Under the pieces are notes generated by a model. That model searched no databases. It saw nothing but the letters and a program-made list of their open reading frames with translations, and was not told the DNA's origin. Both the position numbers and the translations under genes were made by a program. Positions 49,102 to 59,344 of a stretch of DNA of 64,000 nucleotides are shown here, in pieces; the stretch's first letter is position 1, and each line of letters begins with the position of its first letter. The DNA is from an uncultured virus (IMG/VR IMGVR_UViG_3300009376_001605) (lineage: Duplodnaviria > Heunggongvirae > Uroviricota > Caudoviricetes): IMG/VR virus record IMGVR_UViG_3300009376_001605. The stretch is one strand, 5' to 3'.

Positions 49102-49807
49102 TTCCGGACAAGTACTTATTAAGGTCTTCGGGCGTCCCTAGCCCGTGCATCTTATGGACAAAGTAAGGGATTAAAGTCTTGTTATCCTGAATGAGTTCGT
49201 TGTATACTGGGCATATGTAGAATTCATTGTTGACACGAATATCCTTCTCAATCATTTGTTTGGCATAGCGAACAAAGTCAGAACCTTTCTTGTAGTAGTA
49301 GATGCCACATGTTGCGATGTCGGAAATAGGATTCTTCTCAGCAACTTCTGTAGCAACTCCTCTTGAATTGACCTTGACAAAACTCCACTTTGGATGGACT
49401 GCATTGAAAGTATAAACCATCGCGTGTATAGATGCGAATCTTCTAAGTGTGTTGAAGTTTTCTTTGCTATACTCAATCACTTGATCAGAGTTGGCTATTA
49501 AGAGCTCCTCATCACTATCAATGTACTTCTCAGCTAACAGCGCAGTGCAGGCGGCACCTTCTGTAAGCTCATCTACTATGACAACAGTGCTTCTTCCATT
49601 TGTAATGACATCCAGCAAAGAAGCTATCTCATACTTTTCAAGGTGCTCTTTTCTAACCAGGAAAATGTATTCTGCATCAAAGTCTAGGTTTTCTACGACG
49701 CACTGAATCATCGGCTTGCCATTGACATCAATCAAGGGTTTGGGAAACGTATATCCCTCTTTTTTAAAGCGAGATCCCTCTCCCGCCATTGGAATCAATA
49801 TCTTCAT
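49091..49807 (-). CDS. Sugar-phosphate nucleotidyltransferase
   Basis: IPMAGEGSRF...PKPLI, ANSDQ, VAEK, GIYY, LGTPEDL. Confidence 0.9.
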   Translation of the reverse strand: MKILIPMAGEGSRFKKEGYTFPKPLIDVNGKPMIQCVVENLDFDAEYIFLVRKEHLEKYEIASLLDVITNGRSTVVIVDELTEGAACTALLAEKYIDSDEELLIANSDQVIEYSKENFNTLRRFASIHAMVYTFNAVHPKWSFVKVNSRGVATEVAEKNPISDIATCGIYYYKKGSDFVRYAKQMIEKDIRVNNEFYICPVYNELIQDNKTLIPYFVHKMHGLGTPEDLNKYLSGNGT

Positions 49808-49808
49808 T

Positions 49809-50441
49809 TTATAAGCTTTCTATGTGGGCTTTGACTGCTTCAAAAGTTACTTCTGTTGCATTTGCAACTCTCATGATATGGGCGCCCGATGCCGAGGCAG
49901 CCTGATAACCTTTATCTGAATCTTCTACGATTAGAAATTCTTCAGCCTCAAAGCCAAAATGAGTCATTGCCTTGAGATATCCCTCGGGGTCAGGTTTGGG
50001 ATTTTCTACATCCTCATTAGTCACTATTATTTCAAGACCGGTGCCAAGTTGCCCTGTTGAGTCCAGCATAAGAATAGCTGACCTCTTGATGCTATTTGTA
50101 ACACATCCCATTTTTATATTTTCTGCCTTGAGCATCGAAATAAGCTCCACTTTAGATTCGTCTGGGCCACCCCTTTCAAGAGATTTTCCCTTAATGACAT
50201 CTTCTGTGACATCTTGCTTTTTATTCCACACTGCATCGTGATCACTAGAGCTTAACCTTCCTTGCTCTGTTAGCATGTTAAGCTTGGTCCTAGTAGGAAG
50301 ACCATTAAAGGTAGACTCGTGCTCATCTCTTCCTATCTCTATGCCTGCAACTTCTTGAAGAGCTAAATTCAAGGCTTCGTAGTGCCACTCGCAAGCGTCT
50401 ACTAGAACGCCATCTAAATCAAACAATACGCATTTGATCAT
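49809..50441 (-). CDS. HAD-family phosphatase
   Basis: FDLDGVLVD, VTNS, KPDPEGY, VEDS. Confidence 0.92.
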   Translation of the reverse strand: MIKCVLFDLDGVLVDACEWHYEALNLALQEVAGIEIGRDEHESTFNGLPTRTKLNMLTEQGRLSSSDHDAVWNKKQDVTEDVIKGKSLERGGPDESKVELISMLKAENIKMGCVTNSIKRSAILMLDSTGQLGTGLEIIVTNEDVENPKPDPEGYLKAMTHFGFEAEEFLIVEDSDKGYQAASASGAHIMRVANATEVTFEAVKAHIESL

Positions 50442-50877
50442 TCTGCAACTCCTCTCTAAATTTCAATACCCAATCACTGCAAACGCCATAGCACAACCTT
50501 ACATTATCTGTGATTTTCTCAGGATTAACTGCAATAGATCGTGATGTGTAAGGCTTTCCTGGGTACGTCCAAAGGAATCCGCTTGATGTAAGTGTATAGT
50601 CGTCAGTTTGATGCCAAAAACAGTGGACACCCATTCTGGTCATTAAATCCAGGGCTTCAAGATTTTTGGCATGACACCAAAGAGCAGTATTTCTAAGAAA
50701 AATAGGGTCAATAGGATACTGCGGATTATCATGCCCCAGAAACCAATTTCCATTGATATTCCAGACATCAATCTCTGCTTCGAATCCCATGTCTAATACT
50801 TTACTTACTTGAGATGGATTATTTTCAGTATTAGCGTCGGGCCCCAAAAGATTTCCTCGATGCGAAATAAGGATCAT
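50419..50877 (-). CDS. Small PLC/GDPD-like phosphodiesterase-fold protein
   Basis: ISHRGN...ENN...EIDVW...LGHD; start at 50877 gives ATGA overlap with upstream gene. Confidence 0.65.
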   Translation of the reverse strand: MILISHRGNLLGPDANTENNPSQVSKVLDMGFEAEIDVWNINGNWFLGHDNPQYPIDPIFLRNTALWCHAKNLEALDLMTRMGVHCFWHQTDDYTLTSSGFLWTYPGKPYTSRSIAVNPEKITDNVRLCYGVCSDWVLKFREELQNDQMRIV

Positions 50878-51770
50878 GTTTTCTCCTCTATAATTTTCAA
50901 GACATTTTCCATGCATGTATCCCAATCCTGAGGAACTAAAGGGTGATCTTTGTTAGGAACTGCCTGAATTAGCTTAATCATATCACTAAAACTAGAAAAG
51001 GAATAATCTTCACCTGCGAACTCCACAGCTCCTCCACCACTGGCATGAACAATTGTAGGAAGTCCTGCGGCAATACTTTCAATGATATGGTTTGGCCCAG
51101 GATCAAACCTAGATCCACTAATGTAGATATCATATCTTCCTAGCTCATCCCCCAGATCCTTTCCTGACAAGGGTGGAATTAGCTTGGTATTCTTGAGAGG
51201 CCTAGAATATCTCCCAATGTACGTGAACGTGTATTCATCATTTTCGCCCACCCATGTATCGATTGCATCATAAATATCAGCACCTTTAAGCGGGTTATCA
51301 GACCAGTGGTGTGTAACTAAATTTATCTTGTTGTTCTTAAGTTTTTCGACAGGCCTAAAGTGTGCTGTATTGACACCATTGTAGACCACAGAGTTTTTAG
51401 GGCATTTCCAGCCTTTTGCTTGATGGTAATCTTTCATCCAATTAGATACAAAAATAGTATGATCTGTGATAGTGCTACAAGCCCTTAAAATTTGATCCAT
51501 GTCATTAGTTCCCTTTCGGGCATCACACTCATTTACTCGATGAACTACTCGTACACCTGGGTGGTCATTCTTAAATGCAGATATTTCATTAACTGAAATT
51601 CCTAGATCGCTATAACGAGGATCTTGCATGAAAATAATGTCAATGTCTTCATCAAGCTGGTGTACGATTGAATGACCTTTTCTTTTCATATAATCGCAAA
51701 AAGAGGATACGAATAAGTTGCCCCCTCCCCACGGTCCAATTACTGGTTTGCGATTGATCAGTATCTTCAT
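50874..51770 (-). CDS. Glycosyltransferase, GT4
   Basis: GGG, VVYNGV, KG, DPGPNHIIESIAAGLP. Confidence 0.88.
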   Translation of the reverse strand: MKILINRKPVIGPWGGGNLFVSSFCDYMKRKGHSIVHQLDEDIDIIFMQDPRYSDLGISVNEISAFKNDHPGVRVVHRVNECDARKGTNDMDQILRACSTITDHTIFVSNWMKDYHQAKGWKCPKNSVVYNGVNTAHFRPVEKLKNNKINLVTHHWSDNPLKGADIYDAIDTWVGENDEYTFTYIGRYSRPLKNTKLIPPLSGKDLGDELGRYDIYISGSRFDPGPNHIIESIAAGLPTIVHASGGGAVEFAGEDYSFSSFSDMIKLIQAVPNKDHPLVPQDWDTCMENVLKIIEEKT

Positions 51771-51771
51771 C

Positions 51772-52554
51772 TTATGTCTTAGTTAAAAGAACCTGCCCAT
51801 AATCAATTTGATCATCTGTATATCCCCTGTCATCGAGGAATATTCTTCTATCCTGGATGATCAACTCTTTAGAATCATCCTCAATTTGATCAATAAGATT
51901 TGAGCACTCAATGTCTTTTTGAACTTTCCCAGGAAGATGGTAGTCATCAAAGAGGAGAAGCTTATTATATCGATCTTTGCAAAGCTCCCAGTCTCTTTTT
52001 GTTGCAGCATAAGTGTGGTCTCCATCAATATAGATGAAATCAAATTTTTCTTCAGTAGTAGGAAGATAATCTTGTGATTTACCCTGAATGAACTGCATCA
52101 TTTGGAACCACTCTTGGGGAAAGACATTCGATAATTGATTCAGAAAGTCTTGGTCAAAATTTGGGTCGATAGATGTTATCTTTCCTCCTCCGTTTTCGGA
52201 CATGGCTAAGGCGGCACACATAGTCCCATATCCTCTTCCAAAACCTATCTCCAGAAAAGACTTGATATTGTAGTGCTTAATGAGAGAATAAATTAAAATC
52301 CCGCGTTCATAGTTAGGTCTAAAAAATGCTCCAACTGATTTGTAAAGTTCAGAACCTGGATCCCTCTTTTTCTTAGCAGTCAATTCACCTATCTGATCAA
52401 AATCTCCGAGTCTTAAATCTTCTACAGACAATCCAAGAGACTTAAGTTTTTCATGAATCATCACTTTTTTTATGTTTCCAGTTCTTTCTGGAATAGTCAA
52501 TTCTTGCGCCCCTGTTGTGAGTTTAGAAAAGTCTATGATATGGCTCTGGCTCAT
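51772..52554 (-). CDS. SAM-dependent methyltransferase (Methyltransf_24-like)
   Basis: LEIGFGRG, SID, IYIDGDHTY, FDDY. Confidence 0.88.
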   Translation of the reverse strand: MSQSHIIDFSKLTTGAQELTIPERTGNIKKVMIHEKLKSLGLSVEDLRLGDFDQIGELTAKKKRDPGSELYKSVGAFFRPNYERGILIYSLIKHYNIKSFLEIGFGRGYGTMCAALAMSENGGGKITSIDPNFDQDFLNQLSNVFPQEWFQMMQFIQGKSQDYLPTTEEKFDFIYIDGDHTYAATKRDWELCKDRYNKLLLFDDYHLPGKVQKDIECSNLIDQIEDDSKELIIQDRRIFLDDRGYTDDQIDYGQVLLTKT

Positions 52555-53522
52555 GAGGAACCCCCTAAGAGCTTAATGTCATGACGTACCATTTTTTCCA
52601 CAAGCTCCTTAAATGTTGTTTTAGGCTTCCACCCTAATTTACTCAATGCCTGAGAAGAATCCCCTCTAAGCACGTCGACTTCTGCAGGTCGCATAAACCT
52701 TGGATCCTGCTTAATATAATCTTTCCAGTCGGTAATACCGATACAAGAAAATGCTACATCTAAAAATTCTCTTATAGAGTGGGTCTCTCCAGTGGAGATA
52801 ACAAAGTCCTCTGGGTTGTCTTGCTGCATCATTAACCACATTGCTGCTACATAGTCAGGAGCGTATCCCCAGTCACGCTTAGAATCAAGAGTACCGAGAG
52901 AAATATGATCAGCTAGGCCTAGGTGAATCTTTGCAACGCCATCTGATATCTTTCTAGTTACGAATTCATGGCCGCGGCGCTCTGACTCGTGGTTGAACAG
53001 AATGCCAGAGCATGCAAACATCTCATATGATTCTCGATAATTCTTAGTGATCCAGTGTCCATAAAGCTTGGAAACCCCGTAAGGACTTCGAGGATAAAAA
53101 GGCGTAGTTTCCCTCGCTGGATTCTCTACCATTCTGCCGAACATCTCTGAACTGCTGGCCTGGTAGAATTTAATATTCTTGTCAGTTTCCCTAATTGCCT
53201 CGAGCATTCGTAGGACACCCAGTCCTGTTACATTTGATGTATGCTCAGGTGTATTCCAGCTTTCACCCACAAAAGACTGGGCTCCTAGGTTATAGATTTC
53301 GTTAGGTTTGCAATCTTTTAAAACCCTCATAAGGGAATTTTGATCAGTCAGGTCACCGTTTACAAAGGAAATATTTCCTTCAAGATGCTGGGTATTTGAC
53401 CTGTTTTTAGATGAAGACCTTCTCTCCATGCCGAAAACTTCATAACCCTTATCGAGCAAAAGATCCGCTAAATGACTTCCATCCATCCCGTTAATTCCGG
53501 TAATTAGTGCGCGCTTGTTCAT
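52551..53522 (-). CDS. gmd: GDP-mannose 4,6-dehydratase
   Basis: ITGINGMDGSHLA, YNLGAQSFV, QASSSE, PRSPYGVSK, GILFNHES, RDWG. Confidence 0.95.
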   Translation of the reverse strand: MNKRALITGINGMDGSHLADLLLDKGYEVFGMERRSSSKNRSNTQHLEGNISFVNGDLTDQNSLMRVLKDCKPNEIYNLGAQSFVGESWNTPEHTSNVTGLGVLRMLEAIRETDKNIKFYQASSSEMFGRMVENPARETTPFYPRSPYGVSKLYGHWITKNYRESYEMFACSGILFNHESERRGHEFVTRKISDGVAKIHLGLADHISLGTLDSKRDWGYAPDYVAAMWLMMQQDNPEDFVISTGETHSIREFLDVAFSCIGITDWKDYIKQDPRFMRPAEVDVLRGDSSQALSKLGWKPKTTFKELVEKMVRHDIKLLGGSS

Positions 53523-54436
53523 TTATTAATTCTCTCAAACATTTGCAGATAGTTGTTCTTGTGATTCATAATATTGAATTTTTGAACATTTTTATAATTT
53601 CTCTCAACACTTTCTTGGTGGGGGATCCAAGACTGGCAGGGAATATCCACAATACAGTAGGGATCAAGAACATCAATTGCAATTCCAACATCTCGTGAAA
53701 TTATAGGGGTTTTAGTTGACGCTGCTTCAAGAATAGCTTGGGGGCCTCCTTCATAGCGAGACCCTACAACATAAAGATCACATGCATTATACATGGTCCC
53801 TAGCATTTCTAAAGATGCTTTCTCAATAAAAGTATAGGGTATTTTTTCTGCCTCTAACCGATCAATAACGTATTCCCTTCTCCATCCTCCGAGGAGAACA
53901 TGAATATCTTTCTCATTTTTTAAAATGGATAAATAATCACAGAAAAGATCAGGACCTTTTTCCAGCTTAGGGCTCCGAGTTCCACCCTCAGTATCCCGTT
54001 GAAAAGACCCTACGATGAACTTTTCCTCAGGTAGACCAAGAGACTTCTTGCATTCTTCTCGAGGCATCTCTTTCCAGGATTCTGGATCATACCAATAACA
54101 AGCAATAAAAATAGGTTTGCTCGTCATTTGACTTACCAGATCTGCTGTCTTTCGATTAGGAACATGATAAGCATCAATAAACTGGTCTCTAAAAGCGAAT
54201 TCTTGCTGTTTTTGCTCGCTAAATTTTTCAGGGACGATGTGGTGCACAGTCAAAACTACCTTCTTGGTAGCCAGCAATTGCTGAGGTATGTGGTTCCAGC
54301 ACCAGCCTGCAAGCAACCAGATAACATCTGCTTCTTCTATGTTGTCGGTAGAAATATCTCTAGTATTCCTCTTCCACTCATCAGCTATTCGATCACAAAT
54401 CCAATTTTCTCTTGGTGCCAATACAAAAATCTTCAT
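53519..54436 (-). CDS. Glycosyltransferase, GT4
   Basis: EKGPD, SRYEGGPQAILEA; start 54436 by ATGA overlap. Confidence 0.88.
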   Translation of the reverse strand: MKIFVLAPRENWICDRIADEWKRNTRDISTDNIEEADVIWLLAGWCWNHIPQQLLATKKVVLTVHHIVPEKFSEQKQQEFAFRDQFIDAYHVPNRKTADLVSQMTSKPIFIACYWYDPESWKEMPREECKKSLGLPEEKFIVGSFQRDTEGGTRSPKLEKGPDLFCDYLSILKNEKDIHVLLGGWRREYVIDRLEAEKIPYTFIEKASLEMLGTMYNACDLYVVGSRYEGGPQAILEAASTKTPIISRDVGIAIDVLDPYCIVDIPCQSWIPHQESVERNYKNVQKFNIMNHKNNYLQMFERINK

Positions 54437-55326
54437 AAAACTAGAGTCTCCGCAAATTGAATATATTGATCTGCACAATAATTTACATCTAAATTTGATT
54501 CTATGTTTCCGGTCACGGTTTTAGTAAAATCCAAAGCAGGGGGTGAGTAAAGCTTAAATGGTGAGTAATCCCACGTCATGTCTTGAACTATCGTGGAATC
54601 TAATCCTGCTATCTCACTAGTTCCCCCAGAACTTGCACAAATAATGTGGCACCCAGATGCTCGAGCATCAATAACTACATTTGGACAGTGATCCATTAGT
54701 GCTAAGTGAAGGAAGTATCTTGATCTTTTATAGAGAGAGATAAGCTGGTCCCATTGCAGATTTCCACAAAAGAAAATCCTGTCATGATTAATTTCAAGAT
54801 CTGCATTATCTCCGGCTATTACTAGACAGTCATTCTCAGACGAATGCTCTCGAAAATATCTAATATTTTCAGTTAATCTTTTATGAGGGCGCCAAGAAGA
54901 AGCGCAGCACCACACATTCTCAAAATTATCAATAGTAGCATTTTTTAGCGGCTCTATCGCCTCTATAGCATTAAGATCTGTACCATTGTGAATAACTGTG
55001 CTCACTTCTTTTAGTCCGAAATATTTCTCAGTCAGCATCTTATTAAAATTAGATTGATAGACTACACCATCAGCAGCATCGTATGTTTTCTTGATAGGAT
55101 CATTTAGTTTTTTCCAGTCTTGGTCGGAGTTGAAGTATATTCCGTCCAATCTCTGGATTAGTGGTGCAACTTTTTGTGTTGCCTGAATAAATGATAGCTG
55201 GACGTCTACCTCATCTGTACTATTGATGGTGTGCCCTCTTTTTATTAGCGAGAGTGCTAGCTTTCTTCCAAAGCTATTTGGGCCAGAATTAGAATTGAAA
55301 TCTATGTTATCGAATAGAAATCTCAT
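54433..55326 (-). CDS. Glycosyltransferase, GT4
   Basis: VIHNG, HKR, DHCPNVVIDARASG. Confidence 0.85.
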   Translation of the reverse strand: MRFLFDNIDFNSNSGPNSFGRKLALSLIKRGHTINSTDEVDVQLSFIQATQKVAPLIQRLDGIYFNSDQDWKKLNDPIKKTYDAADGVVYQSNFNKMLTEKYFGLKEVSTVIHNGTDLNAIEAIEPLKNATIDNFENVWCCASSWRPHKRLTENIRYFREHSSENDCLVIAGDNADLEINHDRIFFCGNLQWDQLISLYKRSRYFLHLALMDHCPNVVIDARASGCHIICASSGGTSEIAGLDSTIVQDMTWDYSPFKLYSPPALDFTKTVTGNIESNLDVNYCADQYIQFAETLVL

Positions 55327-56042
55327 TTAACAAACCCTCTTGCCCGAACAAAATTGATTGTTGATATCTGGTCTCTTTCACACCAATTACGTTCTTCCGA
55401 GGGAATTGACGAAGAGTCTATATTGTAGAGGTAGCAGACTTCAGGAACGTAAGTAAACAAATCTGCTACGTACATCAAGGGTAGCATAAGTGCTTGATCA
55501 TATCCTCTCTTAAACCACTCACCTCTTATGTTTTTAAAGTTTCTATCACTTATCTTGCTCAGTAGCGACGCCTTGAATGTTCTTAAATGAGATGATCTCC
55601 AGGGCCAAAAGTAGGGATTAATGTGATGCGGGATTGGTCCTGAGATGTTCATTCCGTTTGTGTCCCAACGATGTGCTGTCCAAACTACTTGACTACCTTT
55701 TTCGTACTCATTTAGAAGGATATCAACTGTTTTAGGGTTACAAAGAGAGTCATCGCCATCAACTACAGCAATAATAATATTTTCATCAAATTGTAGTTTT
55801 CGGGCGTGGTCTACAATATTTCGAAGAGCGTATTTTTTCTCTTCGTTTTTTATGACTGAGACTCTATCGTCATTATTTGTATGTTTTTTTAGACTTTCCC
55901 AAGTATCATCTGTTGAGATATCATCTATTATGATGCACTCCCAGTTTTTATTTTCCTGCTCAGTTAGAGATCCTAATAGCTTGGAAATATTAGTAGAAAT
56001 ATTGTAAGAAGGAACAATAAATACTACTTTTAGTTGATCCAT
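55323..56042 (-). CDS. Glycosyltransferase, GT2
   Basis: IVPSYN, IIDDISTD, VDGDD; start moved to 56042. Confidence 0.88.
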   Translation of the reverse strand: MDQLKVVFIVPSYNISTNISKLLGSLTEQENKNWECIIIDDISTDDTWESLKKHTNNDDRVSVIKNEEKKYALRNIVDHARKLQFDENIIIAVVDGDDSLCNPKTVDILLNEYEKGSQVVWTAHRWDTNGMNISGPIPHHINPYFWPWRSSHLRTFKASLLSKISDRNFKNIRGEWFKRGYDQALMLPLMYVADLFTYVPEVCYLYNIDSSSIPSEERNWCERDQISTINFVRARGFVK

Positions 56043-57982
56043 TTTTTGATCACTTCCGGAAGGTCCTTGCTGCATTCAATGTGCGTAGTTTCATCCTCAC
56101 CATTCCACTTGGTGTGCCATACCCAGCCACCTAACTTTTCTTTCATTAAGGCAGCTCTTTCCACGATCATTTCTTCTGTTACTTCACTCCACGGGGTGTC
56201 AAACATCATATTATTCTCAGAAGTATCTTCTTTCCCCTCGTTATAAAGTGACTTCCAGTGTTTCCCCCAGTAATCTCGGTATGTTCTAATTTTTCGCTCA
56301 AGATCCCACCATGAAAAGTGGTAAACGCATGGGAAAGCATCGAGAACCTGGTTGAACCAATTCTGGTATGCTTCTTTTGCTTGGTAGTTTACGTTAACTT
56401 GCTGTCTAACATTATCCACATCCTGTGTATAGAAATTTCCACACGGGACAATCTGGAAACTATCAGACCTAATGTAGTCACATCCGTCCGAGCCTGGTGC
56501 TGAATATACATGTCCGTTCTCATCGAACTTTCTTAAATTTGCTGGAATTCCGTGAGTAATGTGAGGTTTATTCCTACTTACTCTCCACTTCCAGGGAAAA
56601 ATATCGGCACGGACCTTCTCAGGACCTCCCCAAAACTCTATAACAGGCATTGCTATAAGATCAATATTGTGAGGAAAGTTTCTACATAACCCGATTATCT
56701 TTTCATAATCATTTTCATGAACAACTTCATCACAGTCCATTTGCCAGCAGTATTCGCCTGTGCAAAGAGATCTTGCAAGAGCCTTCTGGAGTCCGTCAAA
56801 TACGGCGAACCGCTCATGATTCCAATCTCTAACTTCTTGATGAATTACAAGCTTTTCTTCCTTTTCAGACCAGGATTTCAGCTCTTCCCAAGTCCCATCC
56901 TTGGATCCTCCATCAACTACTACTACTTCATTACAAAAACCCAACATAGATGTAATGCATTCTTTCCAGGGATAATTTTGCTCGATGCAATCCTTAGTTG
57001 TAGTGTAACCGCTTATTGTTGTTTTAAACTCCATATCGCTCTTAATCCCATTCCAGAATCTATCTCTTGCAGCGTAAAGATATGACTCAGTATCGATCAT
57101 ATCATCAGTTGAAAACCATTCCTCATCTTTATGTTGAACATTGTCATTCAAGACTAGTTCGCAACCCAAAATCTTTGCCTCGATTACAAGTCGGGGACAT
57201 GTATCAGCCCCCTTGGGGAGAAATACCAGGCCTTTACTGCTAGCTAACTTATCTAAACACTCTTCATAAGGAAGGTTCCAGACAACCTCATATTCTAAAT
57301 TGTTATCTTCACAATATTTTTTTGCATCATCTACTCCTTTTATCCAAGAAGCAGATCCCATAACAATCCAGTTATTGCTTTTTTTATCTTTGTGCTTAGT
57401 GCGCAAGGCTTTTGCAGTTAAGAAAAAATCCTCATCAAAAACTGACGATAATACTGTGTTTGGCTTCTTAGACAGAAAGGGAAATCGAGAATGCTGGATT
57501 TCCATCTGCTTTTCAGACATCCACCATATAGATTTTGCACCCTCAAACAATGCAGAGACTATTTTTCCATGAATGTGCTCATGACAGTCGCATTTATTTC
57601 CTTCTATTTCCAGGTGCTTTTCGGGTGATCGATACCTGCAGAACTTATAATCATATTCTAAGATCGCATATCTCATATTAGCAACAATAGACGGGATCAG
57701 CTTGTAGTCCATCGCCGAGAAGTTACCAAATATCCAGAACTTGTCGTGACCCTGGGAAAGAGTATCCAAATTCACGTCTTTGGAGTGAAGCTTATAGACA
57801 GTAAAGGGAGATGATTGGATTAAAGCTTCGGAAGTAAGTTCCGCACCTCCAACGTAATCTTCAACAAACATATCTGAAACAAAAACTACTTTAGCTTCAG
57901 CGGGGATTTTTATCTGGGGTTTTGTATCAAAAAGGCTGGTATTGAACATAGCAGACTGTACACTCCTGGTCGTTTTATTCAT
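56030..57982 (-). CDS. Two-domain glycosyltransferase (GT-B-like + GT2)
   Basis: N-half KG...DTCPRLVIEAKILG; C-half VVVDGGSKDGT, MDCDE; true start may be 57949. Confidence 0.85.
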   Translation of the reverse strand: MNKTTRSVQSAMFNTSLFDTKPQIKIPAEAKVVFVSDMFVEDYVGGAELTSEALIQSSPFTVYKLHSKDVNLDTLSQGHDKFWIFGNFSAMDYKLIPSIVANMRYAILEYDYKFCRYRSPEKHLEIEGNKCDCHEHIHGKIVSALFEGAKSIWWMSEKQMEIQHSRFPFLSKKPNTVLSSVFDEDFFLTAKALRTKHKDKKSNNWIVMGSASWIKGVDDAKKYCEDNNLEYEVVWNLPYEECLDKLASSKGLVFLPKGADTCPRLVIEAKILGCELVLNDNVQHKDEEWFSTDDMIDTESYLYAARDRFWNGIKSDMEFKTTISGYTTTKDCIEQNYPWKECITSMLGFCNEVVVVDGGSKDGTWEELKSWSEKEEKLVIHQEVRDWNHERFAVFDGLQKALARSLCTGEYCWQMDCDEVVHENDYEKIIGLCRNFPHNIDLIAMPVIEFWGGPEKVRADIFPWKWRVSRNKPHITHGIPANLRKFDENGHVYSAPGSDGCDYIRSDSFQIVPCGNFYTQDVDNVRQQVNVNYQAKEAYQNWFNQVLDAFPCVYHFSWWDLERKIRTYRDYWGKHWKSLYNEGKEDTSENNMMFDTPWSEVTEEMIVERAALMKEKLGGWVWHTKWNGEDETTHIECSKDLPEVIKKWIN

Positions 57983-58003
57983 TATAACGTGCAGGAGATT
58001 AAA

Positions 58004-59317
58004 TTATAGGATTTCAGCGCCTAAGCTTGCCAGCTCTGATCTTTCACCCTTTAAGAGCGTTACATGTGCAGAAATATCATATTCTTTAAATTTTTCCACC
58101 GTGTAACTTAAGCCGTTTGATGTGGCATCCAGGTATGTATTATCGATTTGATCAACATCACCTGTCAATATTATCTTTGTGTTTTCACCTACCCGGGTGA
58201 TGATTGTCTTAAGCTCATGAGTTGTTAGATTTTGTGCTTCATCAATTATTATAATCGCGTCGGAGATCGATCTTCCTCTGATGTAAGTTATGGCTTCAAT
58301 CTCTATCTTTCCGCTTTCAATGTACATGTCCAGCGTGTCTTTATCGTCTCCGAAAAGATACCGGAGATTGTCCCTTATTGGTGCAATCCAGGGTGCCATC
58401 TTATCGTAGATATCTCCTGGGAGATATCCGATATCTTTGCCCACAGCCTGGACGGGGCGGGAGATAACCACCTTTTTATACTTACCGTCTTTAGAGAATG
58501 CTTGCTCTAGTGCTGCAGATGCTGCAAGCAACGTTTTCCCAGTTCCGGCTTTTCCTACCAACGTAATGAGCTTAATATTGTCATCGAAAAGTATATCAAA
58601 TGAAAATTTCTGCTCCTTGTTTCTAGGAATTAAGCCCCAGGAGCTTTTTATTTCTGGAATAAGTCTGAGCGTATTAGATTTCTTAATATGTCGAACGATT
58701 GCTGAGCCCTGACCGGTACTTTCATCTTTCATTACTATGAATTCGTTTGCGTAAAGTTCTTCACCAATGATTTCTTCAGGGACAGGTATCTCTCGATCTG
58801 TATAGACTTTGTCAATCAAGGATTGCGGCGCACTTAGCCTCCTTACCCCTGTGTAAAGCCCTTCTGATTTGTCGATTATCTTGTGCTTATTGAAATCTTC
58901 ACATGTGATTCCCAGGGCATCACATTTCACTCTTACGTTTATGTCCTTTGTTACAAGTATTACTTTTTCTTCTCGAGTATCTTGGAGGCATTTTGTCATC
59001 GCAAGAATTACGTTATCTACAGAGCTTTTATCTAAGTCTGCTGGGAAAGGACATGTAATCTGTTCGCTTCCCAGGATAGTAAGCGTTCCGCCGCTATCCA
59101 GCTCGATCCCTTCGCTTAAGGATCCTTTCTCTCTAAACTTATCGAGAAGCCTAACTGATTTTCGCGCATTTTTTCCTACTTCGTCAGGTCTGCGCTTATG
59201 ATCATCTAATTCTTCTAAAACAATTAGAGGAATGATTATATTATTATCATCAAAGGACAGCAGACATTCTGCATCATAGAGAAGAACGTTAGTATCAAGA
59301 ATAAATGTCTTTTTCAC
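58004..59317 (-). CDS. phoH: PIN domain-PhoH ATPase
   Basis: LDTNVLL PIN motif; GKAGTGKT, IGYLPG, RGRS, DEAQN, GDVDQID. Confidence 0.95.
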   Translation of the reverse strand: MKKTFILDTNVLLYDAECLLSFDDNNIIIPLIVLEELDDHKRRPDEVGKNARKSVRLLDKFREKGSLSEGIELDSGGTLTILGSEQITCPFPADLDKSSVDNVILAMTKCLQDTREEKVILVTKDINVRVKCDALGITCEDFNKHKIIDKSEGLYTGVRRLSAPQSLIDKVYTDREIPVPEEIIGEELYANEFIVMKDESTGQGSAIVRHIKKSNTLRLIPEIKSSWGLIPRNKEQKFSFDILFDDNIKLITLVGKAGTGKTLLAASAALEQAFSKDGKYKKVVISRPVQAVGKDIGYLPGDIYDKMAPWIAPIRDNLRYLFGDDKDTLDMYIESGKIEIEAITYIRGRSISDAIIIIDEAQNLTTHELKTIITRVGENTKIILTGDVDQIDNTYLDATSNGLSYTVEKFKEYDISAHVTLLKGERSELASLGAEIL

Positions 59318-59344
59318 AATGTCTCCGTCTCTCGAGTTAAATTT

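Noticed and set aside
30001..57982. Ordinary bacterial capsule/O-antigen locus or eukaryotic giant virus
   Set aside because: No export or polymerase genes; continuous with gp25/gp6/sigma genes; SD sites, tmRNA and overlapping genes indicate a bacteriophage
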